Virus record (IMG/VR): IMGVR_UViG_3300019776_000324
Span: 186,001 to 250,000 of that record
DNA: 64,000 bases
Reading direction: 5' to 3' (one strand)
Position numbers and translations under genes: made by a program. Below, piece by piece: positions 18,210 to 29,883 of this stretch (positions are counted from its first letter, which is position 1; every line of letters begins with the position of its first letter). The notes under the pieces were generated by a model. It was not told where the DNA came from. It searched no databases and was given only the letters and a program-made list of their open reading frames with translations.

Positions 18210-18458
18210 ATGCAACAATTTAATTTAGACACAATCAAAGAAGCATTGAACCCAGCCAAGTTTATTGACCAAGCTGAAAAGAACACACAGGCTGTATTGG
18301 CTTATGTAGAACCAAAAGAACTCAGCAAGACATTGGTTACTTTGACCAAAGATGCTAGCGATTTTGCTCGCGCACAAGTAGAAGCAATGAACAGTATTGC
18401 TAACCTTGTTAAAACACAAGCTGAAGATTTCGCTAAGAAATTCGCTGTAACCAAGTAA
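18210..18458 (+). CDS. Small amphipathic helical protein, phasin-like
   Basis: 82 aa, Ala/Lys/Gln/Thr-rich, all-helical pattern, no Cys/Trp; PhaR-like box upstream. Confidence 0.5.
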   Translation: MQQFNLDTIKEALNPAKFIDQAEKNTQAVLAYVEPKELSKTLVTLTKDASDFARAQVEAMNSIANLVKTQAEDFAKKFAVTK

Positions 18459-18470
18459 TTCAAGCAATAC

Positions 18471-18508
18471 AACCCAAAGCCCGTATTATGCGGGCTTTCT
18501 CTTGGGTT
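18471..18508 (+). terminator. Intrinsic terminator-like hairpin
   Basis: AAAGCCCG-tattatg-CGGGCTTT within outer AACCCAA/TTGGGTT arms. Confidence 0.65.
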
Positions 18509-18557
18509 AATTTCCTGGCCATAACCCACTAAATACCTTGTCCAACCGGAGAAGCAA

Positions 18558-19283
18558 ATGCGTCAGGATTTTAACTGGAGTCAGCTCAATCGCAATAATT
18601 TGTACAGTATGTTGTATAGTGCTGGTGCTGATATTGTTGGCAAAAAAATGCCAGTTAAATTGCTACATCAGCGACTAAGCGCACACATTAAATCTTGCCT
18701 ACCAGTAACCATAAGAAAATGGCAGTATGATAGTAAACAAGATCGCGGCTTTCCTTATTTGGGCGGAGCCTATGACAGTGTGCAAGATAAACAGGGCAAA
18801 AAGAAGTTTATTGAAGTTGTCTTGAGTTATAATCCTTTGGATCAAGACGCACGAATAACCGAGTACCGTTGGCGCAGAATATGTAGTTTATTTGCTGATA
18901 CTATCTTACACGAAATTATTCACATGCGTCAGTATCGTAGCAGAAACTTTAAAGATATTCCAGGATACGAAAGCACAGCATACTATCACAAGCAACGCAT
19001 GGATCAAGAATACTATGGTCATCGCGATGAAATGGGTGCATTTAGTTTTAATATTGCTTGTGAAATGATTGATAAGTTTGGTTATAATCCAGCAGTTATT
19101 CGCAACTACATGGACAACATAACTAGTCGTACCAAGAAAGGTACATTTAGAAAATTCCTAGCTACCTTTGATTGGAATCATGACCACATCAAAGTGCGTC
19201 AAATGAAACAAAAGGTTCTCAAGCAGTTAGAATATGCTGCAATTGGCCGTCCTTTTAAAACAACCACTCATTTAACTTATTAA
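18558..19283 (+). CDS. HExxH zinc-metallopeptidase-like protein
   Basis: ILHEIIHMRQ...YYGHRDEMGA. Confidence 0.6.
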   Translation: MRQDFNWSQLNRNNLYSMLYSAGADIVGKKMPVKLLHQRLSAHIKSCLPVTIRKWQYDSKQDRGFPYLGGAYDSVQDKQGKKKFIEVVLSYNPLDQDARITEYRWRRICSLFADTILHEIIHMRQYRSRNFKDIPGYESTAYYHKQRMDQEYYGHRDEMGAFSFNIACEMIDKFGYNPAVIRNYMDNITSRTKKGTFRKFLATFDWNHDHIKVRQMKQKVLKQLEYAAIGRPFKTTTHLTY

Positions 19284-20882
19284 TTACTTTTGACGACCGC
19301 GTCCTAAAGTTGCTTTAGATCCCAGTTTCTTTTCAACTCCACCTGCACTGGCCTTGAGCCCTGAAGATTGTTGTGCAACTGCATCTAAATCTTGTGTGGT
19401 AGTTTTTGCTGGTGCAACTACTTGACCTTCATCACCATCTGTGCCATCATCAGTGACATCTGTAGCACCGTTGTACAAGATTTTAAAAGTAAAGTTACCC
19501 TTGCTACCTGTACTGTAAAAGGTCTTGTCAGCACTTAATTCTACATTGGTTACAGCAGTGCTAGGAAATACTACATCAAATGGTTTCAAAACAATTTCGT
19601 CACCCTTTTGATCTGCGTGTGTATAAACTTGAATAAATGCACCCCAGTTTAGAATCTCTGAAGCTGCTTGGCCAAAGTTGGTATTTTTATTAACCCAGGC
19701 AGCAACTTCATTGGCAATAACAGCACGGATATGAAAGAAAGGAATAACTGCACTTGGATCTCTAGCTTTACGGCCTTCGTATTTCTTTTCAAGATTTTTA
19801 CTTAATAGCTTTTGCCCTACAACTTCACTGCCAGGCGGAAGTTTTCTAATGGCCATGATTTGATCTAATTCTTCTGGAGTAATAATCTTTGCCAACACAG
19901 CAGTATTAAGACTTCCAGGAGTACTACCCGCAGTTACAGTATTAATTAATTCAACTTCTTTGGCATATTTCTTTAACAGTTTCTGACCGTCGGGATCGGC
20001 TGCCATTTCATCAATCTTTTCCACTAGATTCTTTGCACTTGCTTTGGCACCAGCTTCAGCTTTACTTGACAAGCCCATTATTTGTCCAGCTGGATTAGTT
20101 AATGTACTGTCAGTGAGTCCGCCAATTTTGCTACTGCCGAATGTGATACTACAAGTAGTATATCCACCTTTGGTTAAGAATTTTTTAGCAGCGTCTTGAG
20201 CAGAGCCTGTGGTCTTTTTGCCCATGACTAGGGCCATTGGTTGCAACATTTCGCAGAAGTAATTGGTAAATGCTGTGTAGTTCATGTTGCCTAGAGGAAT
20301 ACGAATTGGATAGCTGGTTGAGCTCATAAAGATTTCTGTAGCTCGAGCTTCGTCGCTGTCAGCACCAAATTTTGTTTGTATTTGTGATAAGATATCAGCA
20401 GGTGTTAAATTGATTAAATTTGATAATACATCAGTGGGTTTATATCCAGCTGCTTCTTTTTTTGCCACAGCAGTTTGTAGTGTAAAGCCACCTGGTAATT
20501 TATTGGCAAAACTGTTTTCTGCACGAATTGGGGAAATCTTTTGAAAGTAGCGTCCTAGGTAATAGCTCTTGCCACTGTCATCATTGAATTGTGCAATACC
20601 AAACCCGCCCTTTCCTGGTGCTGGAGTAGCAACAGCATCGCCCTTGGGACTTACCCATTGTATTGATTGTGGAGTTATTCCTAACTGTTGACATACTTGT
20701 GCCAGTGCATCCTGAAACTCTTCTGGACTAGCATACGCACCACCGCCTTGTGGGTAAAATTCTAGCCCCTGAAATACCAGTTGATCACCTTCAGGATTGG
20801 CAAAAAGAGTACCGGGTTTACGGTTAGCTAGGCCAACACTTTCGGTTAATATGGAATCAAGTAAGTTTAGAATATCACGCAT
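19284..20882 (-). CDS. Large hypothetical protein, probably virion-associated
   Basis: Starts [15 protein letters not shown] (candidate prohead-protease leader); late-type motif upstream. Confidence 0.55.
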   Translation of the reverse strand: MRDILNLLDSILTESVGLANRKPGTLFANPEGDQLVFQGLEFYPQGGGAYASPEEFQDALAQVCQQLGITPQSIQWVSPKGDAVATPAPGKGGFGIAQFNDDSGKSYYLGRYFQKISPIRAENSFANKLPGGFTLQTAVAKKEAAGYKPTDVLSNLINLTPADILSQIQTKFGADSDEARATEIFMSSTSYPIRIPLGNMNYTAFTNYFCEMLQPMALVMGKKTTGSAQDAAKKFLTKGGYTTCSITFGSSKIGGLTDSTLTNPAGQIMGLSSKAEAGAKASAKNLVEKIDEMAADPDGQKLLKKYAKEVELINTVTAGSTPGSLNTAVLAKIITPEELDQIMAIRKLPPGSEVVGQKLLSKNLEKKYEGRKARDPSAVIPFFHIRAVIANEVAAWVNKNTNFGQAASEILNWGAFIQVYTHADQKGDEIVLKPFDVVFPSTAVTNVELSADKTFYSTGSKGNFTFKILYNGATDVTDDGTDGDEGQVVAPAKTTTQDLDAVAQQSSGLKASAGGVEKKLGSKATLGRGRQK

Positions 20883-20936
20883 TTGCTTTTCTTTAAAAAA
20901 TTTGTTATACTTACTTATCATTTATCCGGAGACAAT

Positions 20937-21527
20937 ATGCCAAACTTAGTACCCATTGTAGTAGAACAAACCTCAAAAGGCGAGCGCAGTTATGATATAT
21001 ACAGTAGACTCTTGCGTGATCGCATTGTCATGCTGGATACAGATGTAAACGAGCATACAGCCAGTTTAGTAGTGGCGCAAATGCTGTTTTTAGAATCAGA
21101 AGATCCAGACAAGGACATCCTATTTTACATCAATAGCCCAGGCGGTGTTGTTACAGCTGGCATGGCAATTTATGACACAATGAACTTTATCAAGCCCGAT
21201 GTTTCAACTGTAGTAATGGGCCAAGCATGTAGTATGGGTAGTTGTTTGGCACAAGCAGGCGCACCTGGCAAGCGTATTATTTTGCCCAATGCTAGACACA
21301 TGATTCACCAGCCATCAGGTGGTGCTCGTGGACAAGCAACAGATATTCAAATCCAAGCACAAGAAATATTAAAAATGAAGAAATACTTAACAGAGATTTA
21401 TGTCAAGCATAACAGTGCTGGTAAAACCTTTGAAGAATTAAGTGCTGATATGGAACGCGACTTCTTTATGAGTGCTGAAGAAGCTGTGGCCTACGGCCTA
21501 GCTGATCGAGTAATTAGCAGTAGATAA
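20937..21527 (+). CDS. clpP: ATP-dependent Clp protease proteolytic subunit
   Basis: [33 protein letters not shown] (Ser), MIHQP (His), ERD (Asp). Confidence 0.97.
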   Translation: MPNLVPIVVEQTSKGERSYDIYSRLLRDRIVMLDTDVNEHTASLVVAQMLFLESEDPDKDILFYINSPGGVVTAGMAIYDTMNFIKPDVSTVVMGQACSMGSCLAQAGAPGKRIILPNARHMIHQPSGGARGQATDIQIQAQEILKMKKYLTEIYVKHNSAGKTFEELSADMERDFFMSAEEAVAYGLADRVISSR

Positions 21528-22828
21528 TGTCCTTTAACCAAACCTTTTGCTCAAGCCCGTGGTTTCATATGCGAATTAATAATTCGGGTTCATATGAATA
21601 CTGTAGGTGGCAGCAAAGGGATGGTGAATATCGTGTTGATCTAGAGAATAATATACAGCAACAAGCACCCTTGGTATATTTTCAAAAGACCATGGCACCT
21701 TTACGAGCTAGCATGTTAAATGGCCTGGCAATTGATGGCTGTAAAGACTGCTATAAAATGGAACAGCACGGCAAAGTAAGCGGACGCCAGAAACAACTGT
21801 TAAAAACAGGAATTCAACAACAGTATTTTGAAAAAAGTTTAATCAGTAGCCCATTAAAAGCAGACTTTGATTACAGCAATCTTAATCACGGGCAGACACT
21901 GAGGACTGTAGTTGACTGGCAAATAGATCTGGGCAATTATTGTAATGGAGCCTGTGTATTTTGTATTCCCGAAAGCTCTAGCAAACTGGCCACGGAATTT
22001 AAACAATTAAAGCTGATAGATAAACTACCCCCAAGATCCTGGTGTGATGATCCTGTACTGTTAGAAAAGTTTATTAAAGATTTAATTGCGAGTCCCAGTC
22101 TTGAGTATTTGCATTTTATTGGCGGCGAAACATTAATTACTCCAGGATTTAAAAAGATATTGCAGGCATTAATTTCAGCTGATCTGTCTCGAAATATAAC
22201 CATTGGGTTTACTACCAATCTTATTTCCTGGGACGATGAATTAATCAACAATATACTGCCCGAGTTTAAACAAATTAATCTTGGACTGAGTGTTGAAGCA
22301 TTGACTGAGGTCAACGACTATGTAAGATATCCCAGCCGTTTGGCCACTACTAATGATATCTTAGACCAATGGGTTGCAATAGGAAAAGCTCAAGGCTGGT
22401 TAATGCAACTCAGAATCACTCCAACCTGTTTGTCCATAGCAGATCTGACCACCGTTTATGATTATGCGTGGACTCATAATTTAAGTGTGGAAAGTTGTAA
22501 TTTCTTAGAAGAACCAAAATTCATGCGCATCAGTGTGTTGCCCATAGAATATCGACTGGCAATACAAGATCAAATGAAAACCTGGCTGGCAAGCAAAACT
22601 GATATTTCCCAAGAGCAGATCATCAACACTAGAAATCCTGAGTTTGCCCGCCAACAAATTTGTCAAGATGCTGAAAGTTATATCAATTATCTTGAAACTG
22701 CTGTTGATGAAAGCTATCGATTACCTGACTTGATTGATTATCTAAAACGATTAGAATCAATTCGTAATAATAGCATTATAGATTATCTACCACAATATGA
22801 AGAATTATTCAGAAGTCAAGGATATTAA
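21527..22828 (+). CDS. Radical SAM protein with N-terminal Cys (twitch/SPASM-like) domain
   Basis: CNGACVFC, GGE, FTTN; N-terminal FC..PW...YC and CKDC. Confidence 0.85.
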   Translation: MSFNQTFCSSPWFHMRINNSGSYEYCRWQQRDGEYRVDLENNIQQQAPLVYFQKTMAPLRASMLNGLAIDGCKDCYKMEQHGKVSGRQKQLLKTGIQQQYFEKSLISSPLKADFDYSNLNHGQTLRTVVDWQIDLGNYCNGACVFCIPESSSKLATEFKQLKLIDKLPPRSWCDDPVLLEKFIKDLIASPSLEYLHFIGGETLITPGFKKILQALISADLSRNITIGFTTNLISWDDELINNILPEFKQINLGLSVEALTEVNDYVRYPSRLATTNDILDQWVAIGKAQGWLMQLRITPTCLSIADLTTVYDYAWTHNLSVESCNFLEEPKFMRISVLPIEYRLAIQDQMKTWLASKTDISQEQIINTRNPEFARQQICQDAESYINYLETAVDESYRLPDLIDYLKRLESIRNNSIIDYLPQYEELFRSQGY

Positions 22829-23222
22829 TCCATATTCTCAGCTTAGAATCGAGCTGAGCCCTGTTGGACTGCCCAATATTCGCATAATCACACCAGATGA
22901 TTTAATTGAATATACAGGATTATCTGCGCCTGTTATATTGGATTATCAAATTGATATATTAAAGCCATATAATATTATATTAGAATTATATGATAAACAT
23001 TATACTACAGAATATGAAACTGCTATAATCATTAATCAAATATGCATTGATAATATCGAAATAATACCCAAATATAGTCATTTAACTGAATATATTAATG
23101 ATCACAATAATAATAATCCAACCAATTATCTAGGATTTAATGGTAAGTGGGCACTAACTATAGATCGCCCTTTTTACCATTGGCTACACCAGCATTCTGG
23201 ACAGGGTTGGCTACTGGATTAA
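22797..23222 (+). CDS. Hypothetical protein
   Basis: Overlap-coupled to the radical SAM gene. Confidence 0.6.
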   Translation: MKNYSEVKDINPYSQLRIELSPVGLPNIRIITPDDLIEYTGLSAPVILDYQIDILKPYNIILELYDKHYTTEYETAIIINQICIDNIEIIPKYSHLTEYINDHNNNNPTNYLGFNGKWALTIDRPFYHWLHQHSGQGWLLD

Positions 23223-23227
23223 AACGG

Positions 23228-23256
23228 TTGACCAAAAACTCCATTTAGGCTATAAT
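23228..23256 (+). promoter_or_regulatory. Early sigma70 promoter, member of a dispersed family (others start at 24240, 35622, 36118, 43022, 44027, 45364, 52841, 53136, 53616, 53878, 55575, 60377)
   Basis: Consensus (G)GTTGAC(C)-17-TATAAT/TATACT, often with TGn extended -10, followed by AGGAGC SD. Confidence 0.85.
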
Positions 23257-23285
23257 GTATGTATAGTTAATAAAAAGGAGCAAGA

Positions 23286-23711
23286 ATGAAGCAGATTCAA
23301 TACGCAGGTTACAGTATTCTTAAAGACGGTACTTGGAAGTTCCGTACAGCGACTGACGAAAAACGAATCTCCCAACTAGAAGCATTTGGTGAAGCAGTTT
23401 ACATGGTCTCTATCAAGCCTGTTGAAACTAAGTCACAAGCCGCTAAGGAGTTATTGGCTATGGATTACATGGGCAAAGATCCAGCCTGTGTTGACTTCTT
23501 TACTCAGTTTGCTAAAGACGAAAACCCGTTTAAGCGTAAAGCACGGATTGTTAAGGTTACAGTGCCCAATCGTGCTATTGCTGAACTTACAGGTGCAAAG
23601 GTTCGAGTAAGTCGTGGTGTATTTGGTAAAGTATATCCAGAAATTCCGATGACACCCAAGCAAGCTGAACGGATCCGCAACGAGTTTAACGCTAAAAACA
23701 AGGTAGCTTAA
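23286..23711 (+). CDS. Early hypothetical protein, paralogue of 55679-56005
   Basis: AG..GTxKxRxAxD..RI..L...G...TK..A...L pattern shared. Confidence 0.65.
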   Translation: MKQIQYAGYSILKDGTWKFRTATDEKRISQLEAFGEAVYMVSIKPVETKSQAAKELLAMDYMGKDPACVDFFTQFAKDENPFKRKARIVKVTVPNRAIAELTGAKVRVSRGVFGKVYPEIPMTPKQAERIRNEFNAKNKVA

Positions 23712-24176
23712 TTATGTACGAACTAACATCATATGGTAATCGCGAAACAGGCGAAGCACACTATCTAGTAGATGGTGTAGAAGTTACCAAAGCTGAATAT
23801 GATCGGTGTATGGTAGAGTATCGACTAGCAAAGGCAAACTAACAAATGACCAAAGAATATATCCGCAATTTGCCCTTTCAAGAATTAATGCACTGGGCAG
23901 AGATTTACAACGAGAATCTAGCAACCGACGGCGAAGTAAGCGCAGTCAGGACGATCCTTAACGATGAAGTAGAACGCCGTATCAACAACTGGGAGGTAGC
24001 AGAAGTATGACAAATCCAATTCCAAAAAGTAGCTTATGGGCCACACCCGCAGACTTTGATCACTTGACTATTATGCTCAACGAGTGTGGCAGCAAAGAAG
24101 AACAGCGAATGGCATGGTATGGTGCTATGTTGGCCCTTAACTTGTGCCACAATTTGCTAGAACAATACGAGAAAAG

Positions 24177-24268
24177 TGTAGCATAAAAACAACACCTTAA
24201 ACCCCCGTAAAAGGGGGTTTTTCTGGGTTTACCAAACGGTTGACCCGAAATGCCCAATTTGCTATAAT
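24177..24268 (+). repeat. Operator-terminator-promoter cassette, copy 1 (copy 2 at 52776-52869)
   Basis: TGTAGCATAAAAACAACA, CCCCGTAAAAGGGG hairpin with T-tract, GGGTTTACCAAA, then TTGACC-17-TATAAT. Confidence 0.85.
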
Positions 24269-24299
24269 ATATGTATAGTGAAAATAAAGGAGCAATAAG

Positions 24300-25464
24300 A
24301 TGACTACATTACAAGTTCGACAAGGTGATATTATTCGTGCATATGACTTCAAGCCAATGGTTGGTCGTGACGATTGCTACATCGAAGGTCAAGTGATTGA
24401 AACCAATAACACCGAGCAAGGTTATCAAGCCTACAAGATTGTGGTTACCAAAGACCATTTTGGCAACGATCGAGTTTCAACTATAGCTGGTCCGGACAAT
24501 CGTGTTGGTATTGAAATGTTTGTTCCGTGGAGAGTTAGTTTTTCAGAGTTCCAAGGTCGTATTATCAACTTGAGCCGCTAAGGAGCAAGAAAATGACAGT
24601 TAAAGAATTAATCGAGCAGTTACAGAAAATGAATCCAGAATCTACTGTTTACGTTGCTAAGTTTAATTTTGCCGAGACAGGTGATTTAAGTGATTATGTT
24701 GATGCTTATGAAAGACCCGTCGGTAACGGTGGAACTGAAGCCGTAATTATTGATCGCAGTTAAGGAGCGAATGATGATACTAGAATCTAGTATGGACTAT
24801 GGTACAGGTATTGTTACTATGCTGTTCGAAGGTGAGCGTCCAAGTTATGATGCTGTTTGTGAATATTGCGACAAGAACTATGGATTTAAACCATTTGGAT
24901 TTACTGTTACAATGCCCGGTGAATATAAAGGATTAATGAATCCCGGAGTTGTTACTACTTCTAGAAAGGAATTAGAATCATGAGAGAACTTACCAAATCT
25001 GAATTAGAAACCCTGGAGTTCTTAGGTAGCTTTGGCCCTACTGTTGATCCTGTGGCCTGCGAAGTTAAAGGTTACATGCACGACAGCGAAGGTGGCGGCA
25101 AAGTGTATTTGCGTTCACCTGACCTGCGAGCCATAGCTGAAGATTTAATCTCAATTGCCCAATGGTTGGATGAGCGTGCCACAGAAGCTGAACAGGTATA
25201 ATGGAAACGCATTATAAAATTCGACATCGTGTTACTGGATTGTACAGCAAAGGAACCGCCTACAATCAGTGGAGCGAAAAAGGTAAAACTTTTGATACCT
25301 TAGGTAAGTTGCGTAGCTATATCACTCGTTGTTTGAATGATGACTATATGTGTAAGTTTCTTGGCGATTTCCAAGTAATAGAATATGAAGTTCAACAGTC
25401 GGCCGTTAAAGAGTTGCATGACATTGTGAAACCAGAAAAGATTATGGAGTTGTTAAAGAGATGA
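24300..25464 (+). other. Run of small early hypothetical ORFs (24300-24581, 24750-24983, 24980-25201, 25201-25464)
   Basis: Closely coupled ORFs with AGGAG(C) SDs downstream of an early promoter. Confidence 0.65.
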
Positions 25465-25829
25465 AAGCATTTCAAGAGATTACCGAGTGGGATACAGATT
25501 TTGCTATGCCCAACCATGTTTACTTTTTGTCAGATTCAAAGGACAAAATGTACGGTTATGTAAAGTCCAGCACAGGTGAGATTCAAGAAATGACCACTCC
25601 TTATAAGTTCAAGGCTAGTGGACGCAAGTTTAAGGAAGTTAATAACATTTGGGGGTTCTTCCCTAAAGAGGAATTGATCTTAGTTGGTGAAACTTTTCGA
25701 GTGCCTGGATCAAAGGGTTCTGTTTATACTGTGACTAATGATCGCGGATCATGGACTTGCACCTGCCCAGCCAGTAAATGGCAAAAGGGCGAGTGCAAAC
25801 ATATCATTCAGTTAAAAATTAATAATTAA
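25461..25829 (+). CDS. SWIM zinc-finger protein
   Basis: GSKGSVYTV...WTCTCP......CKHI. Confidence 0.75.
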   Translation: MKAFQEITEWDTDFAMPNHVYFLSDSKDKMYGYVKSSTGEIQEMTTPYKFKASGRKFKEVNNIWGFFPKEELILVGETFRVPGSKGSVYTVTNDRGSWTCTCPASKWQKGECKHIIQLKINN

Positions 25830-27742
25830 CTTATTTTAGTCCAACCGTAGTTTATAGTTTGGCTGGAGCCCGAATTGTTAGTAATACCAAATGTAAACAC
25901 ATTGGTATTGGCCACAGCAGGTGCTGCGTTACTAATTGATCCTGCTGTTCCAATAATTTGATTGGGTATGCTGGTCCAAACTAGATTATTTCCTGTTAGA
26001 TAATACCAGGCAAATTGTTGCCCGATCGCTGGGACATTAGTATTGCTAAGACTTACAGTAGCATTCCATACAATGATACCGTTGGGTATGTTTCCATCAA
26101 CCCACAAGGCATAAGTTGCATTTGCAGGTACTGTAAAACTGTAAGTGCCAGAACCTGTGGTTACTGTCCATGATCCTTTAGATTGAGTAGCAACATTAGA
26201 AAGTGTTGCACCATTACCAAGAAGATTACTACCTGCAATATTACCTGTGGTACTGATATTACCTGGTGTGTATAAGGTACCATCGGTACTTAACACCATT
26301 TCTTTTGGTGTACCATCGCTGTCCGCAACAAATGTGATACTGGTGGTTGAATTCAATCCTGGGGAAGCAGTTGCAGTGGCATCGCCTAGTACTAGATTAC
26401 CGTTAGTAGCTTCTACATAAACATTATTAAGAGCACGAACATTGCCGCCTGTGATGTTGCCGATTGCACTTAAATCTATAGCGCCAACACTATGAAATCC
26501 GTTTAAACTCGGCGCAGGACTTGCACCACTACCTGTGATATTACCACTGGATAATACAAGATTTCCGCCAACACCTAAATCAATTCCGCCAGGCAGAATA
26601 ACTTGACCATTATCGGTAAATGTCGACAAATATCCATTGGAGTTAATAACAATATTTGCAACTGGCGATTGTTTTGTAATAGCAACTAACCCTCCGCCAG
26701 TATATGGTGTCCACCCACTGGCATCTACTAAATCTGTATAAGTGGCGTCTGTGTATAACCGATATGTAACAGTGTTAACTGATTCATAATACCAGGTGCC
26801 CAGTGCTTGAGTAGTGCTTATGTCACCGGTAATTGTTAACTGGCCGCGAGTTGGTTGGCTAAACGGAAACCCAAATACATCCATTTGAGCACCCGGGGCT
26901 AATGCTATAGAATTTATACCATCATTGATAACAATAGCAGTACCACCGTTGATATAGCCACTGTTTAGAGAAATATTATTTGCTGTAATAGTACCACCGG
27001 TAGTTGTAGAATAAGTTACCGCGGGTCCGCTGGCACTGAATGTGACCGCGCCATTGTCGGTTACAGTTTGTGTGTTGCTAGAATCTATAAGGTATGTTCC
27101 AGCAGACTCAACATCTAATAGAAGTTCTGTACCAGTTACTGCTGTCAGTGATGTAGTTGGGACAGTAATAGTTGAAGCATTAGGATCGTACACATTATAT
27201 CCAGCTACTGCTCTAATTTGAGTTGCGCCACCGGTATACCACCATTGACCACCAGTGTTGAATTTACCAACACTTGTACTTGCTCCACTAAAATCATAAT
27301 TAGTGGTTGTTATTCCATCTGATGATCGCACACCGTCGACAAACACAGTTTCGTCACCGCTACTGTTTCTTGTTACAGCAATATGATGCCAAGTATCATC
27401 GGCCATTGGTGCTACTGTATAGTTGTTGGCTGCAACACCATCTTGGTCAATATGTATTTGAGTAGCACTAGAAATTACTAAACTAAATCCACTGTTATCA
27501 GGAGTTAACGATCCTAAAATGGGGCCAGGTAAATTTGCTGCTTGGAAATAAACAAAGCACTCAACAGTATAAGCACCCGATCCAATAGTAACACCTGGAG
27601 AGAATGACAACCAGTTGCTACCACTAAACATTAACGAACCAATATTTTCTAATGTTGTTTCTGTTGATGTTACTATATTAGTACCTGTTATATTACCTGT
27701 AGTGCTAAACCCGCCGTCCGAGTTAAATGGTTGTTGTGACAT
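25826..27742 (-). CDS. Virion fibre/adhesin with a LamG/ConA-like domain
   Basis: YTVECFVY, WHHIAVTRN, VFVDGV LamG-like motifs plus GNIT repeats. Confidence 0.75.
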   Translation of the reverse strand: MSQQPFNSDGGFSTTGNITGTNIVTSTETTLENIGSLMFSGSNWLSFSPGVTIGSGAYTVECFVYFQAANLPGPILGSLTPDNSGFSLVISSATQIHIDQDGVAANNYTVAPMADDTWHHIAVTRNSSGDETVFVDGVRSSDGITTTNYDFSGASTSVGKFNTGGQWWYTGGATQIRAVAGYNVYDPNASTITVPTTSLTAVTGTELLLDVESAGTYLIDSSNTQTVTDNGAVTFSASGPAVTYSTTTGGTITANNISLNSGYINGGTAIVINDGINSIALAPGAQMDVFGFPFSQPTRGQLTITGDISTTQALGTWYYESVNTVTYRLYTDATYTDLVDASGWTPYTGGGLVAITKQSPVANIVINSNGYLSTFTDNGQVILPGGIDLGVGGNLVLSSGNITGSGASPAPSLNGFHSVGAIDLSAIGNITGGNVRALNNVYVEATNGNLVLGDATATASPGLNSTTSITFVADSDGTPKEMVLSTDGTLYTPGNISTTGNIAGSNLLGNGATLSNVATQSKGSWTVTTGSGTYSFTVPANATYALWVDGNIPNGIIVWNATVSLSNTNVPAIGQQFAWYYLTGNNLVWTSIPNQIIGTAGSISNAAPAVANTNVFTFGITNNSGSSQTINYGWTKIS

Positions 27743-27756
27743 TTATTGTTTTCCTA

Positions 27757-29814
27757 TTAATCTACCATGAGTCCAAATTCTGTTGCATCAAAACTAGCCC
27801 AGCCATTTTGGCCCACAGGAAGTTGTAATAAAATTTGTAATTCGCCAAGTCCACCTTGTACCGCTGTAACAATAGTATCGGCAACAAGTGGATTAGCCTT
27901 AATTCTGTTGCTTACTACCCATAACAACAATCCTGAGTTAGCATAATCGTAAGTCACAACAACATCAAATTGTTCCCAGTTAGCGCCAACTCCTGTGCCT
28001 TGAACAGCAAAAGTAACTTTGGCACTGTTGATGTTTACACCTGTTTCTGACTTATACACCACAGTGGCGGAACCATCACCTGGTAATTCTACAGCAAACG
28101 GATTAGTTGCGCCAGTGTAAACACCGTTGATAATCTTGCGTGAACCTCGAAGCACTTGTGCTTCGCCCGGTGTACCATTTGACCCAGCATCTCCAACATT
28201 GGTTGGTGCTAATACTAAGTTTGCACCAGTAAATGTCCATTGTCCTTGTAATCCTGTGCCATCACCGTATGTGGAAATGTTTAATGTACCGTCAGCGTTA
28301 TCTGTAACACAACTTGAGTACATTCCACTGGAGTAATAACTTGTTAAACTAGTAATGTTACCATTGCCGCCAGTTATCATTGTGCCATCGCCCTTAACTC
28401 CAGCTGGTCCAATGTATCCACCAGTTGGCAAGTTTAAGTTGCCGTTGTTACTAAAGAACCATGAATGAGTATTACCAGTATCATTAACTCCCATTTCAAC
28501 AGAAAAACCATTAGAATCAATATAAGCCCAATTAGTTATAGCGTCAGTTGAGTTAGGATCAACATTGGCAACATCAGTGGTCCATTGTAACTGAACAAAA
28601 TTATTTGACACTAAATTAACTGGACCTGCTAGAGTATTTGCAGCGCGAATAGTACCAGGATTTGGTAAATTTAACGCACCGACATTATCAAAATACCAAA
28701 CATGCTGGTCTATTCCATCTTTAACTGCTAGTGCTAGATTGCCATCTTGTACATACAAATATCCGTCACCTGGGCCAAGTATATTTCCTAAACTGTTTTC
28801 TTGTGTGCCGTCCCAGGTGCTACTGGTTATGCCGAGGTCAAGAAAGTGTGTGCTGTCAGTGCCGTTGTCTGAAGTAATAATGTAATCGCCACTGGCTACA
28901 GGTGAGTCACTGATATTTTGAAAATTAGTTTGGCTATATCCAATAACATTGCCTGTAACTTGTGTCATTACTGACGAGCCAAGAATAGTAAATCCTGGAA
29001 CACCGGTATACAATCCATCAACTCCAGAATCTGGATTTCCACTAAATGATGCAGTATGCGCATACAAGGTGTTGCCTGCATAGTTAAATCCTGCTGCTGC
29101 TCCTAAGTGGCCATCGATGTTAATTTGCACTGAAGTATTGCCATCGGCGGCAGGAATATTACCAATAAAATTAGTAGCTGTAATATTGCCCGAGGTACTA
29201 ATGCTGTTGCTACCAAAGCTGGCTAATAGAGCAGTTACATTGCTGTTACTATAATTTCCAGCAGGCAAGTTGGTCAATTGACTGCCATCACCTTTGACAA
29301 ATCCGGCTGTAATATTACCAGTAGTACTAATTACATTAGCGCCAAAACTAGCCAAGAATGTAGCAACATTACTATTGCCATAGTTACCGCTACCGCCACC
29401 AATACCGCTAAGGATACTTACGCCATTGGCATAGTTGATGTTTGAAGTGTTGCTTGGTAATGTTATATTACCAGTTTTACCAAATGTATAAGTCGCTGTA
29501 AGTACGGCGTTGTTGCCAGCACTTAGAGCAATATTGCCATAGGTGTTGTTTAGTTGAATAGGACTGGTACTGCCATTGGCAGGAATAACCATTGCCGCTG
29601 TAGCACCATGTGATAAATCTGCATTTTCTATGATCATGCCATTTAGATCATAGATAGCGTCTCCGACAAATCCAATGTTGCCAGTACTAATTGGAACAGT
29701 GCCGCCACCTGTGCCTGCAGCTACCCACTTGGTGCCATCGTAAGTATAAACTACACCGTTTTCGGCTGTAAATGTATCACCTGTAGTAGGGTTTGGTGGA
29801 AATGTAATATTCAT
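27757..29814 (-). CDS. Tail-fibre-like structural protein
   Basis: N-terminal FPPNPTTGD..YTYDGTKW module; GNITAG..GDGSQLTNLP repeats. Confidence 0.75.
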   Translation of the reverse strand: MNITFPPNPTTGDTFTAENGVVYTYDGTKWVAAGTGGGTVPISTGNIGFVGDAIYDLNGMIIENADLSHGATAAMVIPANGSTSPIQLNNTYGNIALSAGNNAVLTATYTFGKTGNITLPSNTSNINYANGVSILSGIGGGSGNYGNSNVATFLASFGANVISTTGNITAGFVKGDGSQLTNLPAGNYSNSNVTALLASFGSNSISTSGNITATNFIGNIPAADGNTSVQINIDGHLGAAAGFNYAGNTLYAHTASFSGNPDSGVDGLYTGVPGFTILGSSVMTQVTGNVIGYSQTNFQNISDSPVASGDYIITSDNGTDSTHFLDLGITSSTWDGTQENSLGNILGPGDGYLYVQDGNLALAVKDGIDQHVWYFDNVGALNLPNPGTIRAANTLAGPVNLVSNNFVQLQWTTDVANVDPNSTDAITNWAYIDSNGFSVEMGVNDTGNTHSWFFSNNGNLNLPTGGYIGPAGVKGDGTMITGGNGNITSLTSYYSSGMYSSCVTDNADGTLNISTYGDGTGLQGQWTFTGANLVLAPTNVGDAGSNGTPGEAQVLRGSRKIINGVYTGATNPFAVELPGDGSATVVYKSETGVNINSAKVTFAVQGTGVGANWEQFDVVVTYDYANSGLLLWVVSNRIKANPLVADTIVTAVQGGLGELQILLQLPVGQNGWASFDATEFGLMVD

Positions 29815-29883
29815 TCTTAAGTCCTGTTATTGTTCTTCTATATTTACCGTGACATAATGCAGTCACAGTTGCTAGCTTTCTGT

